A DNA stretch of 64,000 bases from Candidatus Latescibacterota bacterium (GTDB lineage: Bacteria; Latescibacterota; UBA2968; UBA8231): assembly GCA_965221775.1 (NCBI GenBank), contig CBDCSU010000006.1:928001-992000 (forward strand), read 5' to 3'. Of this stretch, positions 18,908-29,423 are shown in pieces. How positions within the stretch are numbered: the stretch's first letter is position 1; each line of letters starts with the position of its first letter. The translations under genes were made by a program, and so were the position numbers. The notes under the pieces were generated by a model that saw only the letters and a program-made list of their open reading frames with translations, was not told the origin of the DNA and did no database searches.

Positions 18908-20607
18908 CCGGCTGCGGGCTCTCCCGGCGGACCGCCCTTCTCCTGGTGCTTGTGCCGGCCCTGGGGCCCGGGGCTGCCGCGGCCGCCGCCGAGACCGCGG
19001 CGGGCGGCGTGCAGTTCACGGATGTGGCCGCCGATGTGGGCGTCACCCTCCTCAACGTCTCCGGCGAGGAGGAGCAGGAGTACCTCGTCGACACGATGAT
19101 GGGCGGCGCCGCCTTCCTCGACCACGACGGCGACGGCGACCTCGACCTCTACGTCCTCAACGGCGGGCGCATCGGCGGGTTCCCCGAAGGCGGGGACCCG
19201 CGCAACGCCCTCTACCGCAACGACGGCGACGCCTTCGCCGACGACACCGAAGCCGCCGGTCTCGGGGACACGGGCTGGGGGATGGGCGTCGCCGTCGCCG
19301 ACTACGACAACGACGGCGACCCGGACGTCTTCATCACCAACTACGGCGGCAACGTCCTCTACCAGAACGAGGGCGGGAGCTTCGCCGACGTCACGGCGCG
19401 CGCCGGCGTCGGCGACGACGGCTTCGGCACGGGCTGCGCCTTCTTCGACTCCGACCGCGACGGCGACCTCGATCTCTACGTGGCCAACTACGTCGACTTC
19501 CGCCACTTCATGGAGACCACGCCCCAGCGGCGCCACACCTGGCGCGGCCTGACCGTCCACTTCGGGCCCCGCGGGCTGCGCGGCGAGCCGGACGTCTTCT
19601 ACCGCAACGAGGGGGACGGCCGCTTCACCGACGCCACCGCGGCGGCCAACCTGGTCGACGAGGAGCGGCTCTACGGGCTCGGCGTCGTCGCCGGCGACCT
19701 CGACGACGACGGCCACGCCGACCTCTACGTGGCCAACGACACGGGCCCCAACTACCTCTACCGGAACCAGGGCGACGGCACCTTCGAGGAACTGGGCTGG
19801 ATGGCGGGTGTCGCCTACGGCGAGTCCGGCGAGGCCCAGGGGTCGATGGGCATCGCCCTGGGCGACTACGACAACGACGAGGACGCCGACATCCTGGTGA
19901 CCAACTTCTGGGAGGAGACCAACACCCTGTACCGCAACGACGGCGGCGGCGAGGTCTTCTCGGACGTCACCTTCGCGGCGCGGGTCGGCCTCGAGAGCTT
20001 CCCCTTCCTGGCGTGGGGGACCGAGTTCTTCGACTACGACAACGACGGCGACAAGGACCTCTTCGTCGCCAACGGCCACATCTTCCCCCAGGTGGACAGG
20101 GCCAACCTCGGGGTGGCCTATGCCCAGCGGAACCAGCTCTTCGAGGGCCTGGGCGACGGCACTTTCGACGAGGTCTCACTGGCCGCCGGACCCGGCCTGC
20201 AGATCGAGAAGGTGAGCCGGGGCGCCGCCTTCGGCGACTACGACGACGACGGCGACGTGGACATCCTCGTCCTCAACCTGAACGACGCCCCCACCCTGCT
20301 GCGCAACGACGGCGGCAACCGGGCCAACTGGCTGCTGGTGCGCACCGTCGGCACGGCGAGCAACCGGGACGGCGTCGGCGCCAAGGTGCGCGTCCGCTGC
20401 GGGGAGCGGACCCAGGTGCGGGAGGTGGCCAGCGGGTCCAGCTACCTGTCGAGCAGCGACCCGCGCCTGCACTTCGGCCTCGGCGAGGCCGCCCGCGTCG
20501 ACGAGGTGCGGGTCTCCTGGCCCAACGGGCTCGTCGAGGCCTGGCGCGGCCTGGAGGCGAACCAGCTCCTCGTGGTCCGCGAGGGCAGCGGCGCTCAGCC
20601 CGACTGA
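18904..20607 (+). CDS. CRTAC1-family FG-GAP repeat protein with ASPIC/UnbV C-terminal domain
   Basis: Repeated DxDxDGDxDLYV, FxDVT motifs; SNRDGVGAKV and SYLSSSDPRLHFGLG. Confidence 0.9.
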   Translation: MTGCGLSRRTALLLVLVPALGPGAAAAAAETAAGGVQFTDVAADVGVTLLNVSGEEEQEYLVDTMMGGAAFLDHDGDGDLDLYVLNGGRIGGFPEGGDPRNALYRNDGDAFADDTEAAGLGDTGWGMGVAVADYDNDGDPDVFITNYGGNVLYQNEGGSFADVTARAGVGDDGFGTGCAFFDSDRDGDLDLYVANYVDFRHFMETTPQRRHTWRGLTVHFGPRGLRGEPDVFYRNEGDGRFTDATAAANLVDEERLYGLGVVAGDLDDDGHADLYVANDTGPNYLYRNQGDGTFEELGWMAGVAYGESGEAQGSMGIALGDYDNDEDADILVTNFWEETNTLYRNDGGGEVFSDVTFAARVGLESFPFLAWGTEFFDYDNDGDKDLFVANGHIFPQVDRANLGVAYAQRNQLFEGLGDGTFDEVSLAAGPGLQIEKVSRGAAFGDYDDDGDVDILVLNLNDAPTLLRNDGGNRANWLLVRTVGTASNRDGVGAKVRVRCGERTQVREVASGSSYLSSSDPRLHFGLGEAARVDEVRVSWPNGLVEAWRGLEANQLLVVREGSGAQPD

Positions 20608-22268
20608 GGGTCCGCCGCGAAGGCGGCCTCGAGGGCGTCGTAGCGGATCTCGACCTGGGAGGCGTAGCGCTCCCGCAGTTCCTGCATGTACTCGTTGAAG
20701 GCCCGGCGGTGCCGCTGGCGCCGCAGCTTGGAGGTGGCCCGCGCCCTGGCTTCCTCCCAGCTCTCCTGGCGGCGCTCCCGCGACAGGATGCGGAACAGGG
20801 TGAAGCCCTCCTCCACCTCCACCGGTCCGGTCAACTGGCCGGCCTCGGCGTCGACAACGGCTTCCACTAGGCCGCCGAACCTCGGCGACTCGTACTGGTG
20901 CAGGTGGAACCGACCCCTGTCGTCGCGGACCTCCGGAGAGCGCAGCGAACGCGCCCCGGCGAGGGCGCCGAACTCTTCGCCCGCCTCGATCCGGCGCCGC
21001 AGCTCCGCCGCCTCGGACTCGGACTCCACCAGGATCTCCTCCACCTCGATCTGCTCCGGGTGCAGGAACTCGCCGCGGTTGGCCTCGAAGTACTCGCGCA
21101 CGTCGTCGTCGGTGACCTGCGCCCGCTGCTGCAGGATCCGCCCCCGGAGTCCGGTGATCAGCGTCTGCTGCTCCATCTCCGCCAGCCAGCGGACGATCTC
21201 GTCCTCGGCGTCGATCCCTTCGCGCAGGGCGGCCTCCACCAGGACCACGTCGGGCACGACCCAGCGCTCGACGATGGCCGCCAGGCCCTCGGCGTCGACG
21301 ACGCCGGCGAGGACGTCGCCGCGGATGCTCCTGGCCTTTTCGACCACTTGGGAGGCCTCGATCTCGCCGCCGTCGTAGCGGTAGAGAACCAGGTCGGGGG
21401 CCGGCTCGGCTCCGCTGCCCAAGGCTTCGACGAAGGCGGCCAGGCCCCCTGCATCCGGCTCCAGGCGGTACTCCTGCCGCAGGACGGCTACCAGGGAGTC
21501 CCTCGCCGCCTGCCGCTTCGTGCGCTCCAGTTCCGCCGTCACCGCCTGCCGCTGCTGCGGCGTCAGCTCGATGGAGGACTCGGCCAGAACCTTGAAGATC
21601 GAATGCCACCGGCCCACCTGAACCGGCTGCGAGATCGCGCCCACGGGCAGGGTGAAGAGCTTCTCGCCGAGAGCCGGGACCATCTGGTGCCGGGTCGCGA
21701 ACCGGCCCATGTCCCCTCCCCGGGGGGCGGTCTCCCGGTTGGCCGACCACCTGCGGGCGACATCGGCGAAGTCGGCGCCCTGCTCGATCAGCTCCAGGAC
21801 GTGCTCCGCCGTTTCCAGGTCCGGGACCATGATGTCCGCCGTCTGGATGGCGCGGTCGTAACCTTCCTGCCGGATGTAGCGGGCCACCTCGTCGGCGCCG
21901 ACGGTGACGGCGAGGGTGCGGGCCTCGAGGGTGCCCACGAGCCGGTCCCGCCGCAGGCGTCCCATGCGGCGCATGTAGAAGGGGCTGTCCTCGATGCGCT
22001 CCTTCTCCGCCTCCAGCAGCAGCAGCTCCCTGTCGACGAGGGTCTGCAGGTGCTCCTTCACCCGGTCCGGCGAAGCGGCCTCCCCCGCCTCCCCGGCCAG
22101 GCGGTCCTCGAGGTCGCGCACGTCCCGGGCGGTGATCGCCTTGTCTCCCACCACCGCCACGGCCACCGCCCCGCGCTCTTCCCGCGCACAGCCGCTCCAC
22201 AGGATGGCCGCCGCCCCCAGAACGCACAGGGGCCCCGCCACCCGGGGACGACCCCGGCCGATCTCCAT
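20595..22268 (-). CDS. Parvulin-type peptidylprolyl isomerase lipoprotein (PrsA/SurA-like, two PpiC domains)
   Basis: LWSGC lipobox; GADFADVARRWS..GGDMG; EILV...GEEFGALA; GPVEVEEGFTLF. Confidence 0.85.
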   Translation of the reverse strand: MEIGRGRPRVAGPLCVLGAAAILWSGCAREERGAVAVAVVGDKAITARDVRDLEDRLAGEAGEAASPDRVKEHLQTLVDRELLLLEAEKERIEDSPFYMRRMGRLRRDRLVGTLEARTLAVTVGADEVARYIRQEGYDRAIQTADIMVPDLETAEHVLELIEQGADFADVARRWSANRETAPRGGDMGRFATRHQMVPALGEKLFTLPVGAISQPVQVGRWHSIFKVLAESSIELTPQQRQAVTAELERTKRQAARDSLVAVLRQEYRLEPDAGGLAAFVEALGSGAEPAPDLVLYRYDGGEIEASQVVEKARSIRGDVLAGVVDAEGLAAIVERWVVPDVVLVEAALREGIDAEDEIVRWLAEMEQQTLITGLRGRILQQRAQVTDDDVREYFEANRGEFLHPEQIEVEEILVESESEAAELRRRIEAGEEFGALAGARSLRSPEVRDDRGRFHLHQYESPRFGGLVEAVVDAEAGQLTGPVEVEEGFTLFRILSRERRQESWEEARARATSKLRRQRHRRAFNEYMQELRERYASQVEIRYDALEAAFAADPQSG

Positions 22269-22290
22269 TCTTCCCTCCTTTTCTCTTTGC

Positions 22291-24996
22291 CTATCGCAGA
22301 CCGGCGTACACGGTGGCGAAGGCCACCTTGCCGGACTCCGTCTCGCCGCCGATCTCCCGCCGCGTCAGCCGCAGACCCAACTTGGTGTGCAGCTTGTACC
22401 CCTGGTAGGAGGGCGAGGTCGAGTACTGCACCGCCGCCACGACCTCGGTGAAGTCGTCGAGGAGGCCCTCCCGGACAGCGGTCTCGGACTCGCGCAACTG
22501 GTTGAAGATCGTGTACTCCACGCCCACCTCCATGGACGACGCGTCGAGGAGGGGCCAACGCGCCAGCAGGGTCAACAGGAGCGTATCCTCGCGGCGCCTG
22601 GCGCCGGACTTCAGGGGCGGGGCCTCCAGGCGCAGCTCGTTCTTCACCCGGGGCTGGAGGATCACCTGCGCCACCTGGCGCTCGTGATCGATCTTGTTGA
22701 TCAGGCCGAGGAAGTAGGAGTCCTCCCGCAGGTCCGGCTGCTCCTGCCGCTGGTGCCAGCGGTCGTACTTGGCCTTCGTCGTCAGGGTCAGATCGTCGAT
22801 ACCGGTGTAGTCGAAGCCGAAGAAGGTCGAGTTGATCCAGGTGTCCCGCGCCGCCAGGGGATCGAGGGTGGGCACGTTGCCGCGGTCGACCTCGGACCAC
22901 TGGCGCAGGTCGTCGGCGATGTCGTCCCGGGCGAGGCGGAAGTTTTCGAAGAACCGGATCTCGCCGAGGCCGGCGTAGTCCTGCTCCAGGGTGAAGAGCA
23001 GGTAGTTCGTGGTGTTGCGGCCGTCGCCGGCGATGCGGCTCTCGTCCGTGCGGCCGAGGGTGAGCCGGACCTTGGGGATCACGTCGACGCCGCCGTAGAC
23101 GTTGTATCCGCGCAGGTCGCGCCCGTAGGGGAAGTCGGGCTCGTCGTCGTTCTCGAAGCGGTCGACCCACAGGTTGTTGTTCATGTCGACGCCGAAGAGG
23201 AACTCGGGCCGGTCCGTGGTGAAGCGCAGGAAAGGCTCCTCGTAGTCGGGCACCAGGTTCGGCAGGTCGCGGGTGGAGTTCTGGTTGAAGTCGGAGACGA
23301 AATCGACGTTCTCGTCGTACCCCGGGAAGATCTCGAAGTCGGCGTTGTCGAAGATCCGCTGCCAGTCCGGGAAGCGGTCCTGGTCGTCGTTGTCCTCCAC
23401 CAGCTCGTAGTAGAACTGGCCCTTGTCGGAGTAGTCGATGCTCTGCCCGCCGCGGGCCAGGATGGCGCTCGTGTTGTAGTCGTGCTCCATGCTGTAGGCC
23501 TCGCCGAAGGCGAACCAGGGGTAGGCGATCTTCGACAGGTTCACCATCCAGGCGTCGCCCTCGCTGGCCGAGCCCAGGTGGCGGGTGTGGGCGCGGTTGG
23601 GGTACTTGCGGTGGCTGATGCTCCGGTCCCACTCGCCGTAGAGCTTGAACCCCCCCAGGTCCTGCACCTCCACGGTGAAGCCGAAGATCTCCGTCGCCGT
23701 GGGCAGCCCGTACGGGATCTGCAGGAGGCTCAGGTTGGAGCCGTCCTGGACGTTGCCGTCGGCCCGCGCCGCCAGCAGATAGAAGGGGGTCCCCTGGCGG
23801 TCGGTCTGCCGGTCCGAGGTGATCTCGATCCGGTAGTCGTTGGCCACGGCCAGCTCGAAGGTGAGCTCGCGGATCTGCGAGGGATCGGGGCCGTGGTAGG
23901 TGGCGAGGGTGAAGTCGTAGATCAGCTCGATCTGCTCGGCGCCGCTCGCCTCGAGGTAGCCCAGCCGCTGGAACCCCCCCTCGGGCGCCGGGATGAGTCC
24001 GGCCTCGCTGGCGCGCACCACCTCCCTCTCGACGATCAGCTCGCCGTCGGGGCCCACCTGCTCGACATCGGCCTTGATCACCACGTCCCAGGCGAAGAGG
24101 TTCACACCCCCCTCGTCGTCCTCCGGGGAGTCGTCCGAAAGCCGCACCAGGACCCGGGTGACGTTCTGCGCGTTCTGGCTCCCCACGATCGAGCCGCTGC
24201 GGGGGCTCCCCTCGAAGGCGTCGAGGAGCTGGGTGGAGTTGTGGGCGCTCGCGTAGGTGCCGCCCACCTTCACGAAGTCGCCCACCTGGGCGGTGGCGCG
24301 CCCCCCGGTGAGGGTCGACGACGTGGTCGTCTCCTGCACGGAGGGATTGCGGTGGCCGGCGGAGCCGGGGGAGCTGATGCGCGACAGCAGGGCGGTGACC
24401 TCGTACTTGTTGGACTGGTAGTCGATCTGGATGCCGTCGAAGGCCGGCTTGGAGAACGTCATGGGCGTCAGGGTGGTGCGGATCTCGTCGCCGATGGTGA
24501 TGGCCAGGTGGTTCTGGCCCTTGCTGTCGGCGGCGACGACGAGGTTGTTGAAGAAGCTCCCGTAGTAGGCGCTCTTCCAGACGTTGCTGCCGTCCTGCTG
24601 CGGCTGCGTCTGGCTCCAGTCGTAGATCAGCCAGCCGCGGGTGACGTAGGTGCCGTAGAGGTCGTAGAAGTAGTCGCCCTCCAGGTTGGTGCTCACGTAG
24701 CGCTGGTAGATCTCCCTGGCGTAGTTGGTGTACTCCCACGACCTCCACCTGTACTCGTGGTACAGCTCCTGCGGCACGTACCACTTCCTCACCGCCGGGT
24801 CGAGGGCCCCGAAGAGGACACCCGGCCCCCTGGGCTCGAAAGTGAGCTTGCCGGCTACACGGGTACCCGTCAGCCGGTGGTCGGCCCCCTGCGCATGGGC
24901 CTGCGAAGAAGCCAGGGTCAGCGCCAGGACCACGGCGCAGCCCATGGCCCGCGGCCTTGCTCCCCACCATCTCACCCGAACTGCGTGACCAGCCAT
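22291..24996 (-). CDS. Large secreted hypothetical protein, possible outer-membrane beta-barrel with Asp-rich loops
   Basis: Signal peptide (AHA-Q); alternating beta-strand-like C-terminal third ending FATVYAGLR; DxDxD/DxNxD motifs; start uncertain. Confidence 0.65.
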   Translation of the reverse strand: MAGHAVRVRWWGARPRAMGCAVVLALTLASSQAHAQGADHRLTGTRVAGKLTFEPRGPGVLFGALDPAVRKWYVPQELYHEYRWRSWEYTNYAREIYQRYVSTNLEGDYFYDLYGTYVTRGWLIYDWSQTQPQQDGSNVWKSAYYGSFFNNLVVAADSKGQNHLAITIGDEIRTTLTPMTFSKPAFDGIQIDYQSNKYEVTALLSRISSPGSAGHRNPSVQETTTSSTLTGGRATAQVGDFVKVGGTYASAHNSTQLLDAFEGSPRSGSIVGSQNAQNVTRVLVRLSDDSPEDDEGGVNLFAWDVVIKADVEQVGPDGELIVEREVVRASEAGLIPAPEGGFQRLGYLEASGAEQIELIYDFTLATYHGPDPSQIRELTFELAVANDYRIEITSDRQTDRQGTPFYLLAARADGNVQDGSNLSLLQIPYGLPTATEIFGFTVEVQDLGGFKLYGEWDRSISHRKYPNRAHTRHLGSASEGDAWMVNLSKIAYPWFAFGEAYSMEHDYNTSAILARGGQSIDYSDKGQFYYELVEDNDDQDRFPDWQRIFDNADFEIFPGYDENVDFVSDFNQNSTRDLPNLVPDYEEPFLRFTTDRPEFLFGVDMNNNLWVDRFENDDEPDFPYGRDLRGYNVYGGVDVIPKVRLTLGRTDESRIAGDGRNTTNYLLFTLEQDYAGLGEIRFFENFRLARDDIADDLRQWSEVDRGNVPTLDPLAARDTWINSTFFGFDYTGIDDLTLTTKAKYDRWHQRQEQPDLREDSYFLGLINKIDHERQVAQVILQPRVKNELRLEAPPLKSGARRREDTLLLTLLARWPLLDASSMEVGVEYTIFNQLRESETAVREGLLDDFTEVVAAVQYSTSPSYQGYKLHTKLGLRLTRREIGGETESGKVAFATVYAGLR

Positions 24997-25011
24997 CCTG
25001 CCATCCCCCCT

Positions 25012-26730
25012 TCAGTACACGACGGCCACCATCGCCGTCCGGCTCTCGGTCCCCGTATCCGCTTCGATCTCCACGCGCACCACGTACAGCCCCGGCGGCA
25101 GCTTTTCTCCGGCGTCGTCGGTCCCGTCCCAGGCCCTGTCGTAGCGCCCGCTGCCGTCGAGGCCGGAGTAGACCAGCTTCCGCCGCCGTCCCGCCAGATC
25201 GTAGACCGCCGCCGAGACCGGGACGCGGCTCGTCAGATTGGTGAGGTCCCAGGTGATGGTGGCCTCGTCGTTGCGGCCGTCGCCGTTGGGCGAGAACGGC
25301 GCCGGATCGACCTCGACGGCGTGGACGAGGTCGCCGGCGAAGCGGGTGGTGACCGACAGCCCGCCGCCGGCGGCGTCGGCATCGGCGCCCGTCTCTCCCG
25401 CCGCCAGCTCCTGGGGCAGCTCCCCCGGCCTGCCGCTGTCGGAGGCCCTGCCGCTGAAGACGGTCTTGTAGCGCAGGGCGATGCTCTCGAAGACGACTCG
25501 CAGCACCCGGTCGCCCGTGATCCTCGGGAAACCGATGCGGACCCCGCCGTCGATGTCGGCCTTCTCCCACGCCACGTCGCCGCCGTCGATCTGCACCGAC
25601 CGGATGACCTCCACCGGCGCCTGGGTGTCGATGTCGAGGCGGTCGAATCCGCGGCTGTTGTAGCTGCGCACCCAGTAGGTGAGCTCCGTCGGCTGGCCGA
25701 TGACGGCCTCCCGGGGCCACACCTCCGCCACCAGGGAATCCGCCAGGGCGGGAGAGACCTCGACGGCGATGGAGTCGACCAGCGCCGCCGAGAGGATCTC
25801 CGTGCTCTCTAGCTGGACGTGGAACTGCCAGTATCTCCGGGGCGCCGGGGAGGCGACGGCGGCGGACATCCCCGCCGGGTAGGGAGGCGACCAGCCGCTC
25901 CAGGCGAGGCTGTCGCCGGTCTCCGGCGTCGTGCCGCTGCGCGTCCGCAGGGTGGCCTTCACCTTGGCCGGCTCACCGATGGCCTCCTCGGACCACAGCA
26001 GGCTGCCGAAGACGGCGGCCTGTCCCTCGTCGAAGACCCGGGACAGGTAGGACGCCGCGGAAGGGAAGCCCTCGCCGAAGACCTCGAGCTCGTCGATCTC
26101 CCACGCGCCCCGCACCAGCTGCTGAACCTCGATGAAGCGCACGTACTGCAGCGGGATGGGGATGTCGATGTCGGGGTCGGTGTTGCGGTCTTCCGACTTG
26201 AATACCCTCATCTTCGGCTCGCCCGAGATCGTCGTCTGCGCCTCGCTGCCGTCGTTGAGCGACAGGCGGTAGCCCCGCAGGTACGACTCCTCGAAGCCCG
26301 GCCGCGGGTAGAACCGGACCCGGTTGACGCCGAAGCGCTCCCCCAGGTCGACGCGGAAGATGATCCCCCTCGTCTGCGCGCCCGGGATGACGAAGGCCTC
26401 GCCGCCGCCGTCCACCATCTTGCCCAGCAGGTCGTCCACGGCGCTCTGCGATGTCTCGAGGACCACCCGCGCATTCGGCGAGGTGATCCGGCCGCCCCGT
26501 TCCAGCAGCCTCAGGGCGATGTTGTCCTCCGGACCGTTGCGGGCCGGCTGGATGAAGCCGGGACGGGTGTCGAAGTCGATGACGGAGACCACCGACTGGC
26601 TCTCGCTCCATGTGCGCGAGTCCGGGCCGCTGCCGCCGATGACGACAAGCTCGGCGGCGGCGGGTTCGGCGGCGATACCGAAGGCGAGGGCCACGACGGC
26701 CGTCCGCGGCGATACCGCCCGAGCCGCCAT
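25012..26730 (-). CDS. Secreted protein with FlgD-Ig/CHU_C-like C-terminal domain (paralogue 1)
   Basis: PFSPNGDGRND, VYDLAGR, WDGTD..G..LPPGLY, ends VAVVY; start could be 26754. Confidence 0.8.
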   Translation of the reverse strand: MAARAVSPRTAVVALAFGIAAEPAAAELVVIGGSGPDSRTWSESQSVVSVIDFDTRPGFIQPARNGPEDNIALRLLERGGRITSPNARVVLETSQSAVDDLLGKMVDGGGEAFVIPGAQTRGIIFRVDLGERFGVNRVRFYPRPGFEESYLRGYRLSLNDGSEAQTTISGEPKMRVFKSEDRNTDPDIDIPIPLQYVRFIEVQQLVRGAWEIDELEVFGEGFPSAASYLSRVFDEGQAAVFGSLLWSEEAIGEPAKVKATLRTRSGTTPETGDSLAWSGWSPPYPAGMSAAVASPAPRRYWQFHVQLESTEILSAALVDSIAVEVSPALADSLVAEVWPREAVIGQPTELTYWVRSYNSRGFDRLDIDTQAPVEVIRSVQIDGGDVAWEKADIDGGVRIGFPRITGDRVLRVVFESIALRYKTVFSGRASDSGRPGELPQELAAGETGADADAAGGGLSVTTRFAGDLVHAVEVDPAPFSPNGDGRNDEATITWDLTNLTSRVPVSAAVYDLAGRRRKLVYSGLDGSGRYDRAWDGTDDAGEKLPPGLYVVRVEIEADTGTESRTAMVAVVY

Positions 26731-26740
26731 GGGGGCGCGG

Positions 26741-29422
26741 TCAGTAGGCGACATGCACGAGCCGGTAGGCCCGGGTGCTGCCGCCGGACCCGGAGTCGAG
26801 ATCGACGGCGATCCGCAACAGGTAGATCCCCGGCGGCACGGAGGCGCCGGAGGCGTCGACGCCCGACCAGGCGACGCTGTGGCCTCCCGCCGCGAGGGGC
26901 CCGTCCCACAGCCTCTTCACCAGCCGGCCGCCCAGGTCGTAGACCTCCACCGCGGCCGGCGCCGGCGCGCTGATGCGCATCAGGGTGAAACGGGCCGCCA
27001 CCTCGTCGTTGGCGCCGTCGCCGTTGGGGGTGACCACCGGACTGGAGATCTCCACCGCTCCCAGCACGTCGCCGCGCTGCAGGGCCAGGACGATCGTCGT
27101 CTCGCTGTCGGTGATGCCGTTGGCGTCGCCGTCCTCGACCCCCTGCCAGGAACCGGCGAAGCCGGAGTGCCCGACGGAACCGATGAAGTAGCTGTTGTAG
27201 GTGTAGGGGACGCACTCGAAGTGCAGCTCCACCCGCGCCTCCCCGGCCGCGGCCTCGACCGGCGCCGGCAGGCGGACCCACAGGGAGTCGGAGCCGTCCC
27301 TCAGCACCTCGAGCCGCTCGTCGGCGGCCTCCCAGGTGAGGGCGGGTTCCTCGCCGGCCTCGACGATCACCCGGTGGAGGTCCATCTCCAGCCCCGGGGG
27401 GCCCTCGAGGAGGATCTCGTCGAAGCCCCGGCTGTCGCCCTCGAAGGTCGAGCGGAGGATGTAGGAGAACGCCTGCCGGCTGCCGATCTCCTCCAGGCGG
27501 GCGGGCAGGACCTCGGCCACCAGGCTCCTGGCCACGGGGCGCGCGAAGTTCAGCGCCACCGAGCGCAGGGTGGGGGCCGCGCGGGGCTCGTCGGTGAGGA
27601 GGATGGCGCGGATGGCGACGTAGCGCCGCGGGCTCGGCGAGGTGATCCGGTCGCCGGAGCGCTCGTAGGGCTGGCTCCAGCCGCTCCAGTCGGGACCGGG
27701 GAGCTTCTCGGTGACGATGGCCCCCACGGCGTTGTCACCGAAGAACTTCTTGTCCTCCTCCCACTTCTTCTTCGCCTCCTCCAGGGTCCCCGGGTAAGGC
27801 TCGCCGCTCTTCTTCAGGTAGTGGGTCGACTCCAGGACGGTGTCGCCGGTGCGCGTCTGCAGCACGAGACCGGTCCCCGGCGGCAGGTCGGCGTCCCACT
27901 CGACGGTGGTCAGGTTCCGGGCGCGGCTGCCGAGCTCGATGAAGGGGAGATCCCCGTCGAAGACGGAGGTGATCTCCACCTCGGGCATGTAGCCCTCCCC
28001 GAAGAACTGGATCTCCGACAGGCCGAAGGAGAGCGTCCCCGAGTCCGCCGGCTTCGCGAACAGGGGGTAGGTGAAGGCGAAGTACTTCGCCTTGGTGAGG
28101 GGGAACTCGAAGCCGTTGTACGTCTGGCTCGTCGGTTCGTGGCTGTTGTCGAGATTCTCCGCCGACCCCACCGTCTTCCAGGCGAGGCTGCCGCCGGCGA
28201 CCCGCGAGCCGTCGGAGAGCTCGATCCGGTACTGGGGGAAGCCGAGGACGTGGCCGAACCCCTGGTTCCGCTGCAGGACCCGGATGTGGTCGAGAAAGAA
28301 GGCGCCCCCCAGATCGATGAGGAGCTGGCGCTCCAGGTCCTGCGACTGGAATACCGAGGCCTGGTCGGGGTTGAAGCCGCCGAGGGCGCTCCAGTGGGCC
28401 TGCTCGCCGAAGAAGTGTCCGTCCACGACGGCGGGCTCGGCGCCGGTGTCGTCGACGCTGGTCAGGGTCCCGCCCCGCTCCAGCACCCCGGTGCCGATGT
28501 TGTCGCCGATGGACCACACCTCGACCTCGGCCAGCCGGGGTCGCTCGCGGCGGTAGTGGACCACCGGTCCCTGGCGGCCGGTGCCCTGCAGGGAGTCCCA
28601 GTCCTCCTTGCCGCCCAGGAGCCGCTCCCGGCCGCGGGCGTCGAGCCGGTAGTACTCCACGTCCCCCCGCTGGCCGGGCGGCAGGCTCTCCCAGACCGCC
28701 TCGGAGACCTGGCGGGCCTTGCCGAAGTCGCTGTCGGTGGCCTGGATGCCGACGAGGTTGATCACGTCTCCCGTGAAGTCGCCGTAGACGACGGGCCACT
28801 TCGTCGGCGACTGCGCCCGCAGGTCGATCTCGAAGACCCGCTGGCCCTTCACCGGCGTGTTGGTCGTGTAGCGCGTCCGGTAGATCGGCAGGCCGAGATT
28901 GAGCTCCCCCTGCGAGGTGGTGACCTTGAAGTGGAGGAAGGGATCGCCCAGATCGGCGTCGACGAACCTGAGGACGATGCGGGTGGCCGAGACCGTCCGG
29001 CCCAGGTCGAGCTGCACCCACCAGTCGCGCACGGGGTCGTCGGGGTCCGGCTCCCACCAGGTGTCCAGGCGGCCGTCCATCAGCGCGCCGGCGCTCGCCT
29101 CGCCGGAGCCCGCGGCCCTCACACCGCCGCCGAAGGCGGCCGCGTCGAGGGAGGCGTTGACGCCGGGCACGACGACCGTCTCGCCGTCGACCTCCAGGAG
29201 GGTGCTCTTGCGGATGTAGCCGGGCCGCACGCCGGCATCGGTGACCTCCGCCGTGGCCGACTGCCACTCCTGCCAGTGGGTGGGCGTGTCGATGACCACG
29301 CGGTTCGCTTCGCGGCTGTAGCCCTGCTGTCCGCCTCCGGGCGTGGACCATGCCAGGACCAGGACCGCCGCCAGGACCGCAGACGGAGGCGCGACACGCG
29401 GCGGCACTTGGTGCGCGCTCAT
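26741..29422 (-). CDS. Secreted protein with discoidin-like domains and FlgD-Ig/CHU_C-like C-terminus (paralogue 2)
   Basis: DGRLDTWW..WVQLDLG discoidin-like motif; TPNGDGAND, YDLGGR, PPGIY, ends VHVAY. Confidence 0.8.
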   Translation of the reverse strand: MSAHQVPPRVAPPSAVLAAVLVLAWSTPGGGQQGYSREANRVVIDTPTHWQEWQSATAEVTDAGVRPGYIRKSTLLEVDGETVVVPGVNASLDAAAFGGGVRAAGSGEASAGALMDGRLDTWWEPDPDDPVRDWWVQLDLGRTVSATRIVLRFVDADLGDPFLHFKVTTSQGELNLGLPIYRTRYTTNTPVKGQRVFEIDLRAQSPTKWPVVYGDFTGDVINLVGIQATDSDFGKARQVSEAVWESLPPGQRGDVEYYRLDARGRERLLGGKEDWDSLQGTGRQGPVVHYRRERPRLAEVEVWSIGDNIGTGVLERGGTLTSVDDTGAEPAVVDGHFFGEQAHWSALGGFNPDQASVFQSQDLERQLLIDLGGAFFLDHIRVLQRNQGFGHVLGFPQYRIELSDGSRVAGGSLAWKTVGSAENLDNSHEPTSQTYNGFEFPLTKAKYFAFTYPLFAKPADSGTLSFGLSEIQFFGEGYMPEVEITSVFDGDLPFIELGSRARNLTTVEWDADLPPGTGLVLQTRTGDTVLESTHYLKKSGEPYPGTLEEAKKKWEEDKKFFGDNAVGAIVTEKLPGPDWSGWSQPYERSGDRITSPSPRRYVAIRAILLTDEPRAAPTLRSVALNFARPVARSLVAEVLPARLEEIGSRQAFSYILRSTFEGDSRGFDEILLEGPPGLEMDLHRVIVEAGEEPALTWEAADERLEVLRDGSDSLWVRLPAPVEAAAGEARVELHFECVPYTYNSYFIGSVGHSGFAGSWQGVEDGDANGITDSETTIVLALQRGDVLGAVEISSPVVTPNGDGANDEVAARFTLMRISAPAPAAVEVYDLGGRLVKRLWDGPLAAGGHSVAWSGVDASGASVPPGIYLLRIAVDLDSGSGGSTRAYRLVHVAY

Positions 29423-29423
29423 C

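Noticed and set aside
18904-20607. Repeated GACxACGACxxCGACGGCGAC nucleotide motifs as a CRISPR or tandem array
   Set aside because: They encode FG-GAP DxDxDG repeats within a CDS, with irregular spacing
21994-25812. Very long ORFs antisense to or overlapping real genes (also 11460-14777, 26324-29686, 40087-43554)
   Set aside because: High-GC shadow frames: low-complexity R/G/P/A-rich or antisense-pattern translations overlapping genes with clear motifs
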